This document shows positions 56,422-64,000 of a DNA stretch of 64,000 nt, piece by piece. This stretch comes from Lachnospiraceae bacterium UBA938 (GTDB taxonomy: Bacteria > Bacillota > Clostridia > Lachnospirales > Lachnospiraceae): assembly GCA_002293475.1 (NCBI GenBank), contig DBDG01000059.1, forward strand, positions 31,726 to 95,725. The letters are read 5' to 3'. A program made the position numbers and the translations under genes. The notes under the pieces were generated by a model. It did not search any database and was not told the origin of the DNA. It worked only from the letters and a program-made list of their open reading frames with translations. Numbering within the stretch: the stretch's first letter is position 1; each line of letters opens with the position of its first letter.

Positions 56422-56708
56422 TGTACAACAATTATAGATTATATATAAAAGAATTATATATATATCGCTACTATATACCGCAACACTTCAAAGAAAAGAG
56501 GTATAATGAGAAGATTAAACAAAAAAGGAAGGACAAACTTTCAATAATTAATTCCGTGTTGTATTTCGTGTTGCATAATGAAGAAAAATAGGTTGATTTT
56601 AAGAAAAACAAAGCAATTTTAGGAAATATATAAGCATTGAAAAATCCAGTAAAGAAGCGGATTTTGATATAAATGGCTTATTTACGGATTTTCTGAAAAT
56701 AGTTTTGA

Positions 56709-56735
56709 GCAAGTTCAAGTCTTGTCATTCCGACT
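56709..56735 (+). repeat. attR-like 27-bp direct repeat (duplicate of the tRNA-Pro 3' end)
   Basis: gcaagttcaagtcttgtcattccgact. Confidence 0.85.
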
Positions 56736-56856
56736 AGCATTAGGCCTTTAGCTTGGCTAGGCCTCACCTGTCTTATCGGCTGTCTTGTCAAGTATATTAT
56801 AACATGTCTGTTCCATATAAAGGAAATATCATTCGTACTACTAGCAAACGATCTGA

Positions 56857-56928
56857 TGGAGCAAAAGGGACTCGAACCCTCGGCCTATGCGTTGCGAACG
56901 CATCGCTCTCCCACTGAGCTACTGCCCC
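56857..56928 (-). tRNA. trnA: tRNA-Ala (anticodon CGC)
   Basis: Hand fold. Acceptor GGGGCAG/TTGCTCC with the G3:U70 identity pair. D arm GCTC-AGTGGGA-GAGC. Anticodon stem ATGCG/CGCAT with loop TTCGCAA. T arm GAGGG-TTCGAGT-CCCTT. Discriminator A. Confidence 0.85.
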
Positions 56929-57095
56929 GGAACAATCTTATCTTATCACATTCTACACAATTGTCAAATAAAAAATAAGCAATCGCAGCAAAATATTCCA
57001 GTAAAATTTGCCCATATTATATTTGCTATCCTTTAAAAAAAGTTTATAATAGTGGTATGTTTATAATATAATAAGATAAGGAATAATGCACTGTA

Positions 57096-57359
57096 ATGAT
57101 TGATAAGGAAAGGTTTCACGTCTATAACTATATAAAAAAGGAAGAATACCTAGGCAGTATGAACGGCATGCGGTTTATGCTCCACAAAACGTTAAGCGGC
57201 GATGCGGAACTTTTGCAGGCTGTAATCTGGCCCCAGCCCGATAGCTATGGCAAGACACCGGAAGCTAAAAAGCGGCGCCAGACCTTTCCTTTCACTGAAG
57301 CCGGCCTGGAAAGTGCGGTTGACTGGCTAAATGAACATTGTAGCTTGTGTAGCGATTAA
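57096..57359 (+). CDS. Hypothetical protein (87 aa)
   Basis: ORF only. Confidence 0.4.
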   Translation: MIDKERFHVYNYIKKEEYLGSMNGMRFMLHKTLSGDAELLQAVIWPQPDSYGKTPEAKKRRQTFPFTEAGLESAVDWLNEHCSLCSD

Positions 57360-57434
57360 GATATATTTTGCTTGAATTAATATGGTTTCAAGGCTTATAA
57401 TAAAGTAGTTAACATAAATAAGGGGGGGCATAAT

Positions 57435-57713
57435 ATGGCATCCATTGTATATCAGCCAGAGTTTTATCATAGAGAGGTGGCATTCTGCAAGGTATACGGA
57501 AGTAAAAATAAATCTGTGGTAGAAAATATTTTATTAAAACACAGGATATCTTATTTTATTGATATGCAGAAAGAATCTATGCTTAGGCGCCTGTTTCTGA
57601 CCGGAAAAGGCAAGGATAAGACCATTTTTATATTTAAAATAAATGAGGCTGACGTAGAAAAAGCCAGTGATTTGATCAAAGAGTTCGACCAGAACCAGAT
57701 AACCCCGATTTAG
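57435..57713 (+). CDS. Hypothetical protein (92 aa)
   Basis: ORF preceded by 'aagggggggcataat'. Confidence 0.5.
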   Translation: MASIVYQPEFYHREVAFCKVYGSKNKSVVENILLKHRISYFIDMQKESMLRRLFLTGKGKDKTIFIFKINEADVEKASDLIKEFDQNQITPI

Positions 57714-57841
57714 TATCTATGTGTCACCATAGGACAGCGTGCCCATATCAGTTCATTTGCACAGGCCACCTTGTCGGTATATAGTAATAATCGGTAAATA
57801 AAATAATATAATTAAATAACAGATAGTCAAGGGGTATCCAT

Positions 57842-58129
57842 ATGGAATACACCTATGAGCCGGTTGGAACCTGCACTTCCCGGATACGCTTTAACCTAAA
57901 TGGAAATATTGTCACAAACGTGGAGTTTACCGGAGGCTGTAACGGCAATTTAAAAGCCATCCCTATATTAGTGGAGGGCTTTACTGTAGAACAGATAGAG
58001 GAAAAATGCCGCGGGATCCGTTGCGGCCGGCGCGAAACATCCTGTGTCGATCAACTGGCCAGAGCAGTACGAGAGGCCTACGACAAGGAACGAGACATCA
58101 TAAATAAGAATTCTTATAAATTGGAATGA
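57842..58129 (+). CDS. TSCPD-domain small protein (TIGR03905-like, 4-Cys)
   Basis: 'GTCTSRIRFNLNGNIVTNVEFTGGCNGNLKAI...RGIRCGRRETSCVDQLA'. Confidence 0.65.
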   Translation: MEYTYEPVGTCTSRIRFNLNGNIVTNVEFTGGCNGNLKAIPILVEGFTVEQIEEKCRGIRCGRRETSCVDQLARAVREAYDKERDIINKNSYKLE

Positions 58130-58371
58130 AAAAACCGTTCTAACGATTCCGCGGTATTTGTTTCGTCTTCCCCTTCGATCAAAACAGCAATATTATCACC
58201 TTTTTGAATATTCATACCCTTTACACTGAACAGGCGCTTGGCATCGCCTGTTTTTCCGTTACACTCTAATATGACGTCAGACTTGGATTTGGAGGCTTCC
58301 CTGACTAAATGCCCTACCGCACTGTCTTCTAGGCCGATGGCACTGGAAATCTCATATTGAAAACTTTTCAT
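58114..58371 (-). CDS. HPr-like phosphocarrier-fold protein lacking the His15 phosphorylation site
   Basis: It aligns by eye with HPr. 'GLEDSAVGHLV' stands where HPr has 'GLHARPATLLV'. Confidence 0.6.
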   Translation of the reverse strand: MKSFQYEISSAIGLEDSAVGHLVREASKSKSDVILECNGKTGDAKRLFSVKGMNIQKGDNIAVLIEGEDETNTAESLERFFHSNL

Positions 58372-58478
58372 AATATACCAGCATTCCTTTCTGAACAGTT
58401 AATAACTGTATATCTGCTAGTTATTGTACCAAAGTTCTCAATAAATATTCTGTGGCATTCATTATTTTAAGTGCAATA

Positions 58479-58907
58479 TTACAAGCGGCTGTACTTTTCC
58501 TCACAATACTTGCATCGGTACACTTCGTTTTTTTCGTCGGCAAGGATGAAGACGTGGGGCAGACCCTGTTCAACAGAAGTGATACAGCGGGGATTTTTGC
58601 ATTTGATGATGTTTTTGATCTCCTTGGGGAGAACCAGTACTTTTTTATCAACGATTTTTTCGTCCTTGATTACATTGACGGTAATATTATGGTCAATAAA
58701 AGCTAGGACGTCAAGATTCAGCTCGTTAATATCACATTCTACCTTAAGTATATCCTTTTTACCCAGCTTATTGCTCCGGGCATTTTTGATGATCGCCACG
58801 GTGCAGTCCAGCTTATCAAGCTGTAAGCTGTGATAGAGGGAAAGGCTGGCGCCGGCCTTAATATGATCTAGGACAAACCCTTCCCTGATTTTCCCTACGT
58901 TCAGCAT
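58479..58907 (-). CDS. pyrI: Aspartate carbamoyltransferase regulatory subunit
   Basis: C-terminal zinc domain 'CKNPRCIT...YRCKYCE'. It overlaps pyrB by 7 nt. Confidence 0.9.
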   Translation of the reverse strand: MLNVGKIREGFVLDHIKAGASLSLYHSLQLDKLDCTVAIIKNARSNKLGKKDILKVECDINELNLDVLAFIDHNITVNVIKDEKIVDKKVLVLPKEIKNIIKCKNPRCITSVEQGLPHVFILADEKNEVYRCKYCEEKYSRL

Positions 58908-59833
58908 GACTTCTCCTTGCCTCCTTCCAGTCCCAGTAACGTCAGTATCAATGCCATCCGCACATAAACGCCGTACTGCACCTGCTTGAAATAAGCCGCC
59001 CGCGGATCGTCGTCCAATTCCACGGCGATTTCGTTGACCCGGGGAAGCGGGTGAAGCACCAGCATTTCTGCTTTGGCGGTTTCCATCTTGGCTTTATCCA
59101 AGATGTAGAAGTCTTTCAGGCGGACATAATCCTCCTCATTAAAAAACCGTTCCCTTTGTACCCTAGTCATATAAAGAAAGTCCAGACGGGGCATCACATC
59201 GTCAAGGCGGATGACTTCTTCAAAACGGATATTCTGCTCTTTAAGCCGGTCGGTAATATAGTCGGGAACCTGCAGTTCTTCCGGCGAGATAAAAATAAAC
59301 TCAATGCCCTCATAGCGTTCCAAGGCATGAATCAAAGAATGGACGGTGCGCCCGAATTTTAAGTCGCCGCATAAGCCGATGGTAAAGTGATCCAGGCGTC
59401 CCTTCAGGGAGCGGATGGTCAGCAGATCGGTCAAGGTTTGGGTGGGATGCTGGTGGCCGCCGTCGCCGGCATTGATGACCGGTATGGAGGACTTGTCGGC
59501 GGCGACCATCGGCGCCCCTTCCTTGGGATGGCGCATGGCACAGATATCGGCAAAGCAGGAAATCACCCGGATCGTATCGGCGACGCTTTCGCCTTTGGAA
59601 GCCGAAGAAGAACCGGCATCAGAAAACCCCAATACGCTGCCGCCTAGGTTATACATCGCGGCTTCAAAGCTTAAGCGAGTGCGGGTACTGGGCTCATAGA
59701 AACAAGTGGCCAGTTTCTTGCCGACGCAGACCGTGGAATATTTCCCCATGTTTTTTTCGATGTCACAGGCAAGGTCAAATAAACTGTCAAGTTCTTCCGC
59801 TGTAAAATCCAGCGGGCTCATCAGATGTCTCAT
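58901..59833 (-). CDS. pyrB: Aspartate carbamoyltransferase catalytic subunit
   Basis: 'STRTRLSFE', 'HQHPTQ', 'HPLPRVNEI'. Confidence 0.95.
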   Translation of the reverse strand: MRHLMSPLDFTAEELDSLFDLACDIEKNMGKYSTVCVGKKLATCFYEPSTRTRLSFEAAMYNLGGSVLGFSDAGSSSASKGESVADTIRVISCFADICAMRHPKEGAPMVAADKSSIPVINAGDGGHQHPTQTLTDLLTIRSLKGRLDHFTIGLCGDLKFGRTVHSLIHALERYEGIEFIFISPEELQVPDYITDRLKEQNIRFEEVIRLDDVMPRLDFLYMTRVQRERFFNEEDYVRLKDFYILDKAKMETAKAEMLVLHPLPRVNEIAVELDDDPRAAYFKQVQYGVYVRMALILTLLGLEGGKEKSC

Positions 59834-59860
59834 ACTACATTCTCCTTCTTAGCGTCGCAT

Positions 59861-59888
59861 AAAAAAATCGAAGACAGTATCTTCGATT
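59861..59888 (-). terminator. Intrinsic terminator between the nitroreductase-like gene and pyrB (could also act as a pyr attenuator)
   Basis: The minus strand reads aatcgaaga-tact-gtcttcgatt followed by ttttttt. Confidence 0.6.
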
Positions 59889-59889
59889 C

Positions 59890-60252
59890 TTAGCTTTTAA
59901 ATGATAACAATTCAGAAGCCGTCTTTCTGGCAGGAACGGAAGGTGCTTCATCGGTATATCCTGCGGCAATCAAAGCCACGAGTTCCCTTCCTTCCGACAG
60001 TTCCAGCAAGTCGGTGGCCTTCAGGCGGTCAAAGATACCCATGATAACAGTACCAAGCCCCTGTGCGTGAGCAGCTAGGCAAAATGCCAGAGAAGCGGCA
60101 CCGGCATCAAACATCTGCCAGCCATCGCCACGGTCGGAGGATAAAAGGGAATGATCAACAGTCTGTTCCGTAAAACGGCGGATGCTTCTGCGGCCGGTAA
60201 GACAATCTGATGCGGTCATAATGATGGCTACCTCCTCCAAGATCAACGTCAT
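59890..60252 (-). CDS. Nitroreductase-family remnant (short; an internal segment appears to be missing)
   Basis: 'GRRSIRRFTEQTV' at the N-terminus and 'AAHAQGLGTVIMG...ALIAAGYTDE' at the C-terminus are nitroreductase-like. The ~60 aa normally found between them are absent. Confidence 0.5.
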   Translation of the reverse strand: MTLILEEVAIIMTASDCLTGRRSIRRFTEQTVDHSLLSSDRGDGWQMFDAGAASLAFCLAAHAQGLGTVIMGIFDRLKATDLLELSEGRELVALIAAGYTDEAPSVPARKTASELLSFKS

Positions 60253-60494
60253 GACAGGTTATTATCATTGACATTTTTATTTTATCCATAATAGCACATC
60301 TCCCGCATGGTTGCAATCAAAAAACAGTTAAATCCTTTTAATTTTATAAATAATTTTCATAAATTTAAGTTATTATTTTTATCAAAACCTTTGCATTTTA
60401 ATAAAAAATTTAGTATACTCCTAGTATCTGCTGTAATATATAATTATATGTCCGGCTTGTCGGCCGACACTGTTCATAAAAGCGTGAGGTAGAT

Positions 60495-60863
60495 ATGGAA
60501 TATAATGAAAGAAAGAGATTGCTATTATTTGGCCTGCCGTGGACGTTTACTAAATACAGCATCACGGATGACATGATAAATATCCGTAACGGCTTCCTGA
60601 AGACCTATGAAGATGACTGTTATATGTATAAAATACAGGATGTCAAGCTGGAGACTTCATTAACCGAAAGAATCTTCAAGCTCGGAACCGTGGTCTGTTA
60701 TAGCGGCGATTCTACCCATCCCCAGTTACGGATGATCCATATTAAAAATTCCAAAGAAATCAAGAATTTTATTCTGGAGGCCTCTGAGAAAGCCAGAATC
60801 AAACGGCGTACCCTGCATACCTTGGACATAGGACTGGAGCCAGACGACATAGACAGCTTATAA
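60495..60863 (+). CDS. Bacterial PH-domain (bPH_2/DUF304-like) protein
   Basis: 'ITDDMINIRNGFLKTYEDDCYMYKIQDVKLETSLTERIFKLGTVV' fits the bPH_2 pattern. Confidence 0.5.
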   Translation: MEYNERKRLLLFGLPWTFTKYSITDDMINIRNGFLKTYEDDCYMYKIQDVKLETSLTERIFKLGTVVCYSGDSTHPQLRMIHIKNSKEIKNFILEASEKARIKRRTLHTLDIGLEPDDIDSL

Positions 60864-60993
60864 CAAGAAGAGCTTTAGCAGATGACGTGCCGGTTGCCGC
60901 CAATCGGCACGCTGTTTGTATAGCTCTCTTTTATTGCAAAGATAACGATGCAAACATAATATAGCAAACATAAAGAAAAGAAGGATGTAAGTA

Positions 60994-62436
60994 ATGGAAA
61001 AAGAAAAACGCATGGTATTGGATATGACGAAGGGCAGGCCGGTGTCGCTGATCGTCAGGTTCATGGTTCCCCTTTTATTTGGCAATGTTTTTCAGCAGCT
61101 CTATAATATGGTTGACACGATCATCGTCGGCCGTTATATCGGCGTGAGTGCCCTAGCTGCGGTCGGTGCCACTGGGACGATCGTGTTCCTGATATTCGGA
61201 TTTGTGATGGGTCTGACCAGCGGCTTTACAGTCTTGACCGCGCAGCGGTTCGGTGCCGGTGATATCGAAGGGATGAAGAGCAGCGTGGGAAGCGCGGTAA
61301 TCCTTGCCGCCATAGTCACTTTCATCATAACGATCATAAGTGTTTCCAGCATGGATCTGCTGCTGCGGGTCATGAATACGCCGGAAGATATCTTGGCGAT
61401 GTCCAAAGACTATATTGTCGTCATCTGTCTTGGCCTGTTCTGTTGTGTGCTTTATAATCTTGCCAGCGGCATCCTGCGTGCTTTGGGGAACAGCCGGGTG
61501 CCGCTGTATTCCCTGATCGTGGCGGTAGTTATCAATGTTTTCCTAGATATGCTGCTGATTGTCGTGATCCCTTTAGGGGTTGCCGGCGCTGCCATAGCGA
61601 CGGTGGTCTCGCAGGCTATAGCCGGCATTGTCTGTGTAGTCTACATCATCAAAAAGATGCCCTTGCTGCAACTGGAAAAGCGGCATTGGAAGCTGAACCA
61701 GCACTGTGCCGGCAATCAGCTCAAAATCGGCGTACCGATGGCGCTGCAATTCTCGGTTACGGCCGTCGGAACGATTCTCGTCCAGACGGCGATCAATCTG
61801 TTTGGCTCAGTCATGGTAGCGGCATTCACGGCCGGCAATAAGATAACCCAGCTGGTGACGCAGCCGTTTGGCGCCATGGGTATTACCATTGCCACGTTTG
61901 CCGCCCAGAACCGCGGCCTTGGCGATATTAAAAGGATCAGGCAAGGGGTCAGGATATCGTGCATTCTATCGACGGTTTACGCGGTGGTGATATTTGCTGT
62001 CGTCCTCCTTATCTTTCCTTACATCATCCGTTTATTTGTTGAACCCGTTGAATACAATCTGATCATTGACTATGCCCGGATATCGGTAATATACTGCGGC
62101 ATCTGTTATGCGGCACTGGGGGCGATATTTATATTTCGCAATGCCATGCAAGGCTGCGGGCATTCTTTGCTGCCGTCCATCGGCGGAGTCGTGGAAATGG
62201 TAGTCCGCGTCAGCGCCGCCTATGTGGCGATAAAGATGATGAGCTACCGTGCCGTTTTTGTGGCCGACGGCATCACTTGGGTGATCACCGCGGTTTATCT
62301 GGGTATCTGCTATCTCTATGTCTTTAAGAAGCATTATTCGGCCGATCAGGTGTCCTATCAGAGTGCGGCGGGGTCAGCAGTCTTTCAAACAGAAGCCCGG
62401 CAAGAATCCAGTTGGGAAGATAATCTAGGCGGATGA
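60994..62436 (+). CDS. MATE family efflux transporter
   Basis: 12 TM helices. The N-terminus 'PLLFGNVFQQLYNMVDTIIVGRYIG' is typical of MatE. Confidence 0.85.
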   Translation: MEKEKRMVLDMTKGRPVSLIVRFMVPLLFGNVFQQLYNMVDTIIVGRYIGVSALAAVGATGTIVFLIFGFVMGLTSGFTVLTAQRFGAGDIEGMKSSVGSAVILAAIVTFIITIISVSSMDLLLRVMNTPEDILAMSKDYIVVICLGLFCCVLYNLASGILRALGNSRVPLYSLIVAVVINVFLDMLLIVVIPLGVAGAAIATVVSQAIAGIVCVVYIIKKMPLLQLEKRHWKLNQHCAGNQLKIGVPMALQFSVTAVGTILVQTAINLFGSVMVAAFTAGNKITQLVTQPFGAMGITIATFAAQNRGLGDIKRIRQGVRISCILSTVYAVVIFAVVLLIFPYIIRLFVEPVEYNLIIDYARISVIYCGICYAALGAIFIFRNAMQGCGHSLLPSIGGVVEMVVRVSAAYVAIKMMSYRAVFVADGITWVITAVYLGICYLYVFKKHYSADQVSYQSAAGSAVFQTEARQESSWEDNLGG

Positions 62437-62755
62437 CCTTCTTGACATGCCATTTGGAACGGTCATAGTTCCACGGGCAGATATCTTTGTCGGCTAACAG
62501 CGTTCCGGTGGCATATTCCGCAGTCAATATCAGGGCAGCGTAAAATAACCCGCGTACTAAGGGGCGCTTGCCTTTAAGCATCCGGCAGAAAGGTTCCAGC
62601 AAGGCAGCGCTTCCATAGATCGGGAACATCCACAGCGAGGTCTGCCCCATCAGTTTCATGTCCCGCCGCCGTAGCGAATTTAAAGCGGTAAAGCTGATTT
62701 CAATACACCAGCCGGTAACCCCGCATTTCAGAAAGTTAAGCATTAATTTCTTCAT
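62324..62755 (-). CDS. Membrane protein, DUF1113 / putative ABC-transporter type IV-like
   Basis: 'CGVTGWCIEISFTAL...SLWMFPIYGSAALL' resembles that family. Confidence 0.5.
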   Translation of the reverse strand: MKKLMLNFLKCGVTGWCIEISFTALNSLRRRDMKLMGQTSLWMFPIYGSAALLEPFCRMLKGKRPLVRGLFYAALILTAEYATGTLLADKDICPWNYDRSKWHVKKVIRLDYLPNWILAGLLFERLLTPPHSDRTPDRPNNAS

Positions 62756-62973
62756 TACTAAGTGCTCCCTTCACCGGCACCCATGCCTTTCGCGGTCATG
62801 TCGGCGAAACGGCAAAATAACGAGTGTCTTCACAGTGTAAGTATGTGCCGTCGGAAGATAAATATGCGTTTCGGTTACCGACCGGTTACCGGTTTGTTTA
62901 TAGGAATATTTATAGGTATATTTATAGGTATGTTTACAAGCGTATGACAAGCCTATGTATATGAGGTACGTAA

Positions 62974-64000
62974 ATGACATATAAAGAAGCAGAAGAATAT
63001 ATCAACAGGATCCAGGGTTTTGGCAGTATGCTTGGCCTGGATTCGGTCAGGGAGCTGTGTAAGAGGCTGGGCAATCCGCAGGAAAAACTTAATTTTGTGC
63101 ATATAGCGGGGACGAACGGCAAGGGTTCGGTTCTGGCGTTTGTATCAACCGTGCTGAAAGCGGCGGGCTTCCGGACCGGAAGATTTTTTTCGCCGGCTAT
63201 TTTTGAATATCGGGAAGGGATTCAGGTAAATGAGCATATAATGTCAAGAGCCGCCTTTTGCCTTTATTTAGAGAAGATAAAAACCGCTGCCGACAGGATG
63301 ACGGCGGACGGCCTGCCCCATCCGACTGCTTTTGAAATAGATACGGCCATGGCTTTTTGCTATTTTCTTGACCAGAAATGTGATATAGTAGTCCTGGAGA
63401 GCGGCCTAGGCGGCGCTCTTGATGCCACCAATATCATCGAGAATACGCTGGCAGCGGTGCTGACACCGATCAGCATGGATCATGTCGGCTATCTGGGGCA
63501 GTCTTACCAGGCAATAGCGGAAAATAAGGCCGGTATCATTAAAAAAGGCTGTACGGTCATCAGCGCGCCGCAGCATGACGCGGTAAGCCGGGTGATAAAG
63601 GAAAAATGCCGGCAGTCCGGCTGCCCGTTACACTGGTCGCGTCCGGAGCAGGCGCGCGGGATAAAATACGGAAATCCGCTGTCTCTCCGAGACGGTCTAA
63701 GCAGCCGGCAGCGTTTTAGCTATGGCCCCTTTAAAGAGATAGAGATTACATTGGCCGGAAAATACCAGATTGACAATGCTATCCTAGCTTTGGAAGTCTT
63801 GGAGGTCCTGGCTCAGAAAGGGTTTCCGGTAAAGGAGCCGAAGCTGCGGAAAGGTTTGCGGGAAGCAACATGGCCGGGCCGGTTCCAGATACTGGACCAA
63901 AAGCCGCTTTTTATTGCCGACGGTGCCCATAACGAGGCGGCGGCGGCAACCTTGGCGGAATCCTTGCAGCTTTATTTTACAAACCGTAAGATAATCTATA
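62974..64000 (+). CDS. folC: Folylpolyglutamate synthase / dihydrofolate synthase, 3' end outside the window
   Basis: ATG at 62974. 'MTYKEAEEYINRIQGFGSMLGLDSVRELCKRLGNP...FVHIAGTNGKGSV' (P-loop), later 'ADGAHNEAAA'. The frame is open to the window end, so it is absent from the ORF track. Confidence 0.85.
   Translation, partial: MTYKEAEEYINRIQGFGSMLGLDSVRELCKRLGNPQEKLNFVHIAGTNGKGSVLAFVSTVLKAAGFRTGRFFSPAIFEYREGIQVNEHIMSRAAFCLYLEKIKTAADRMTADGLPHPTAFEIDTAMAFCYFLDQKCDIVVLESGLGGALDATNIIENTLAAVLTPISMDHVGYLGQSYQAIAENKAGIIKKGCTVISAPQHDAVSRVIKEKCRQSGCPLHWSRPEQARGIKYGNPLSLRDGLSSRQRFSYGPFKEIEITLAGKYQIDNAILALEVLEVLAQKGFPVKEPKLRKGLREATWPGRFQILDQKPLFIADGAHNEAAAATLAESLQLYFTNRKIIY

Larger units (their letters stand above)
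53748..56735. mobile_element. Decayed integrative element (~3 kb) inserted at the 3' end of tRNA-Pro
   Basis: It is bounded by the 27-bp direct repeats. It contains a tyrosine-integrase pseudogene next to the tRNA and a broken P4/D5-type primase-helicase gene. Confidence 0.65.

Noticed and set aside
56368-56480. tgtaca(a)c repeats plus an AT-rich tract after the primase gene, considered as a SaPI/PICI-type replication origin.
   Set aside because: Part of the tract is the frameshifted 3' coding remnant of the primase gene (ending at 56421). The repeats are short and few, so an ori cannot be supported from sequence alone.
58452-58833. Plus-strand ORFs 58452-58706 and 58471-58833.
   Set aside because: They are antisense to pyrI, which has clear family motifs, so they are shadow ORFs.
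62324-62436. 113-nt convergent overlap between the MATE gene and the DUF1113-like gene.
   Set aside because: Both overlapping tails are non-conserved, low-complexity C-termini. This is most simply late stop codons or annotation extension rather than a functional antisense arrangement.
62880-62940. Short tandem repeat tatttataggta x3 and cggttacc x2 upstream of folC.
   Set aside because: The repeats are real but very short, with no associated feature. They are recorded only as low-complexity promoter-region sequence.

Overview
The window looks like a chromosomal segment of a Gram-positive anaerobe, probably Clostridia or Lachnospiraceae-like. That assignment is an inference from AGGAGG-type RBSs, an ATT-initiated infC behind an L20-type leader, and gene content. 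All calls rest on by-eye motif recognition and hand folding or alignment. No database search, folding program or statistics could be run. Core genes present: purL (single-chain FGAM synthase), a Zn-type ABC importer (znuA/C/B-like), thrS, infC-rpmI-rplT, pyrBI, and folC (cut by the window end). There are three tRNAs: Trp-CCA, Pro with an apparent AGG anticodon, and Ala-CGC. Accessory content dominates and falls into four blocks. (i) The 3' end of an NRPS plus an AT-less PKS module (1-6044), ending at tRNA-Trp. (ii) A 25-kb co-directional block (22.9-48.2 kb). It starts with a RiPP-like operon: an 80-aa Cys-free precursor candidate, a PqqD-like protein, a B12-binding radical SAM enzyme, and a SPASM protein that has lost the CxxxCxxC radical-SAM motif. 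This is followed by two ABC exporters, a C-A(Gly)-T NRPS, a discrete trans-AT, a 3100-aa bimodular trans-AT PKS without TE, a 906-aa alpha/beta-hydrolase-like protein with a GxCxG elbow, and a CE4 deacetylase. (iii) An 870-bp intergenic region made only of repeats (14.4-15.27 kb). It contains two diverged, inverted copies of a ~260-nt rod-like palindromic unit whose stems covary. (iv) A ~3-kb decayed integrative element at tRNA-Pro, with 27-bp att repeats, a broken integrase and a broken P4-type primase. It carries a convergent pair that resembles a type I toxin-antitoxin locus. The best candidates for something undescribed are block (ii) and block (iii).
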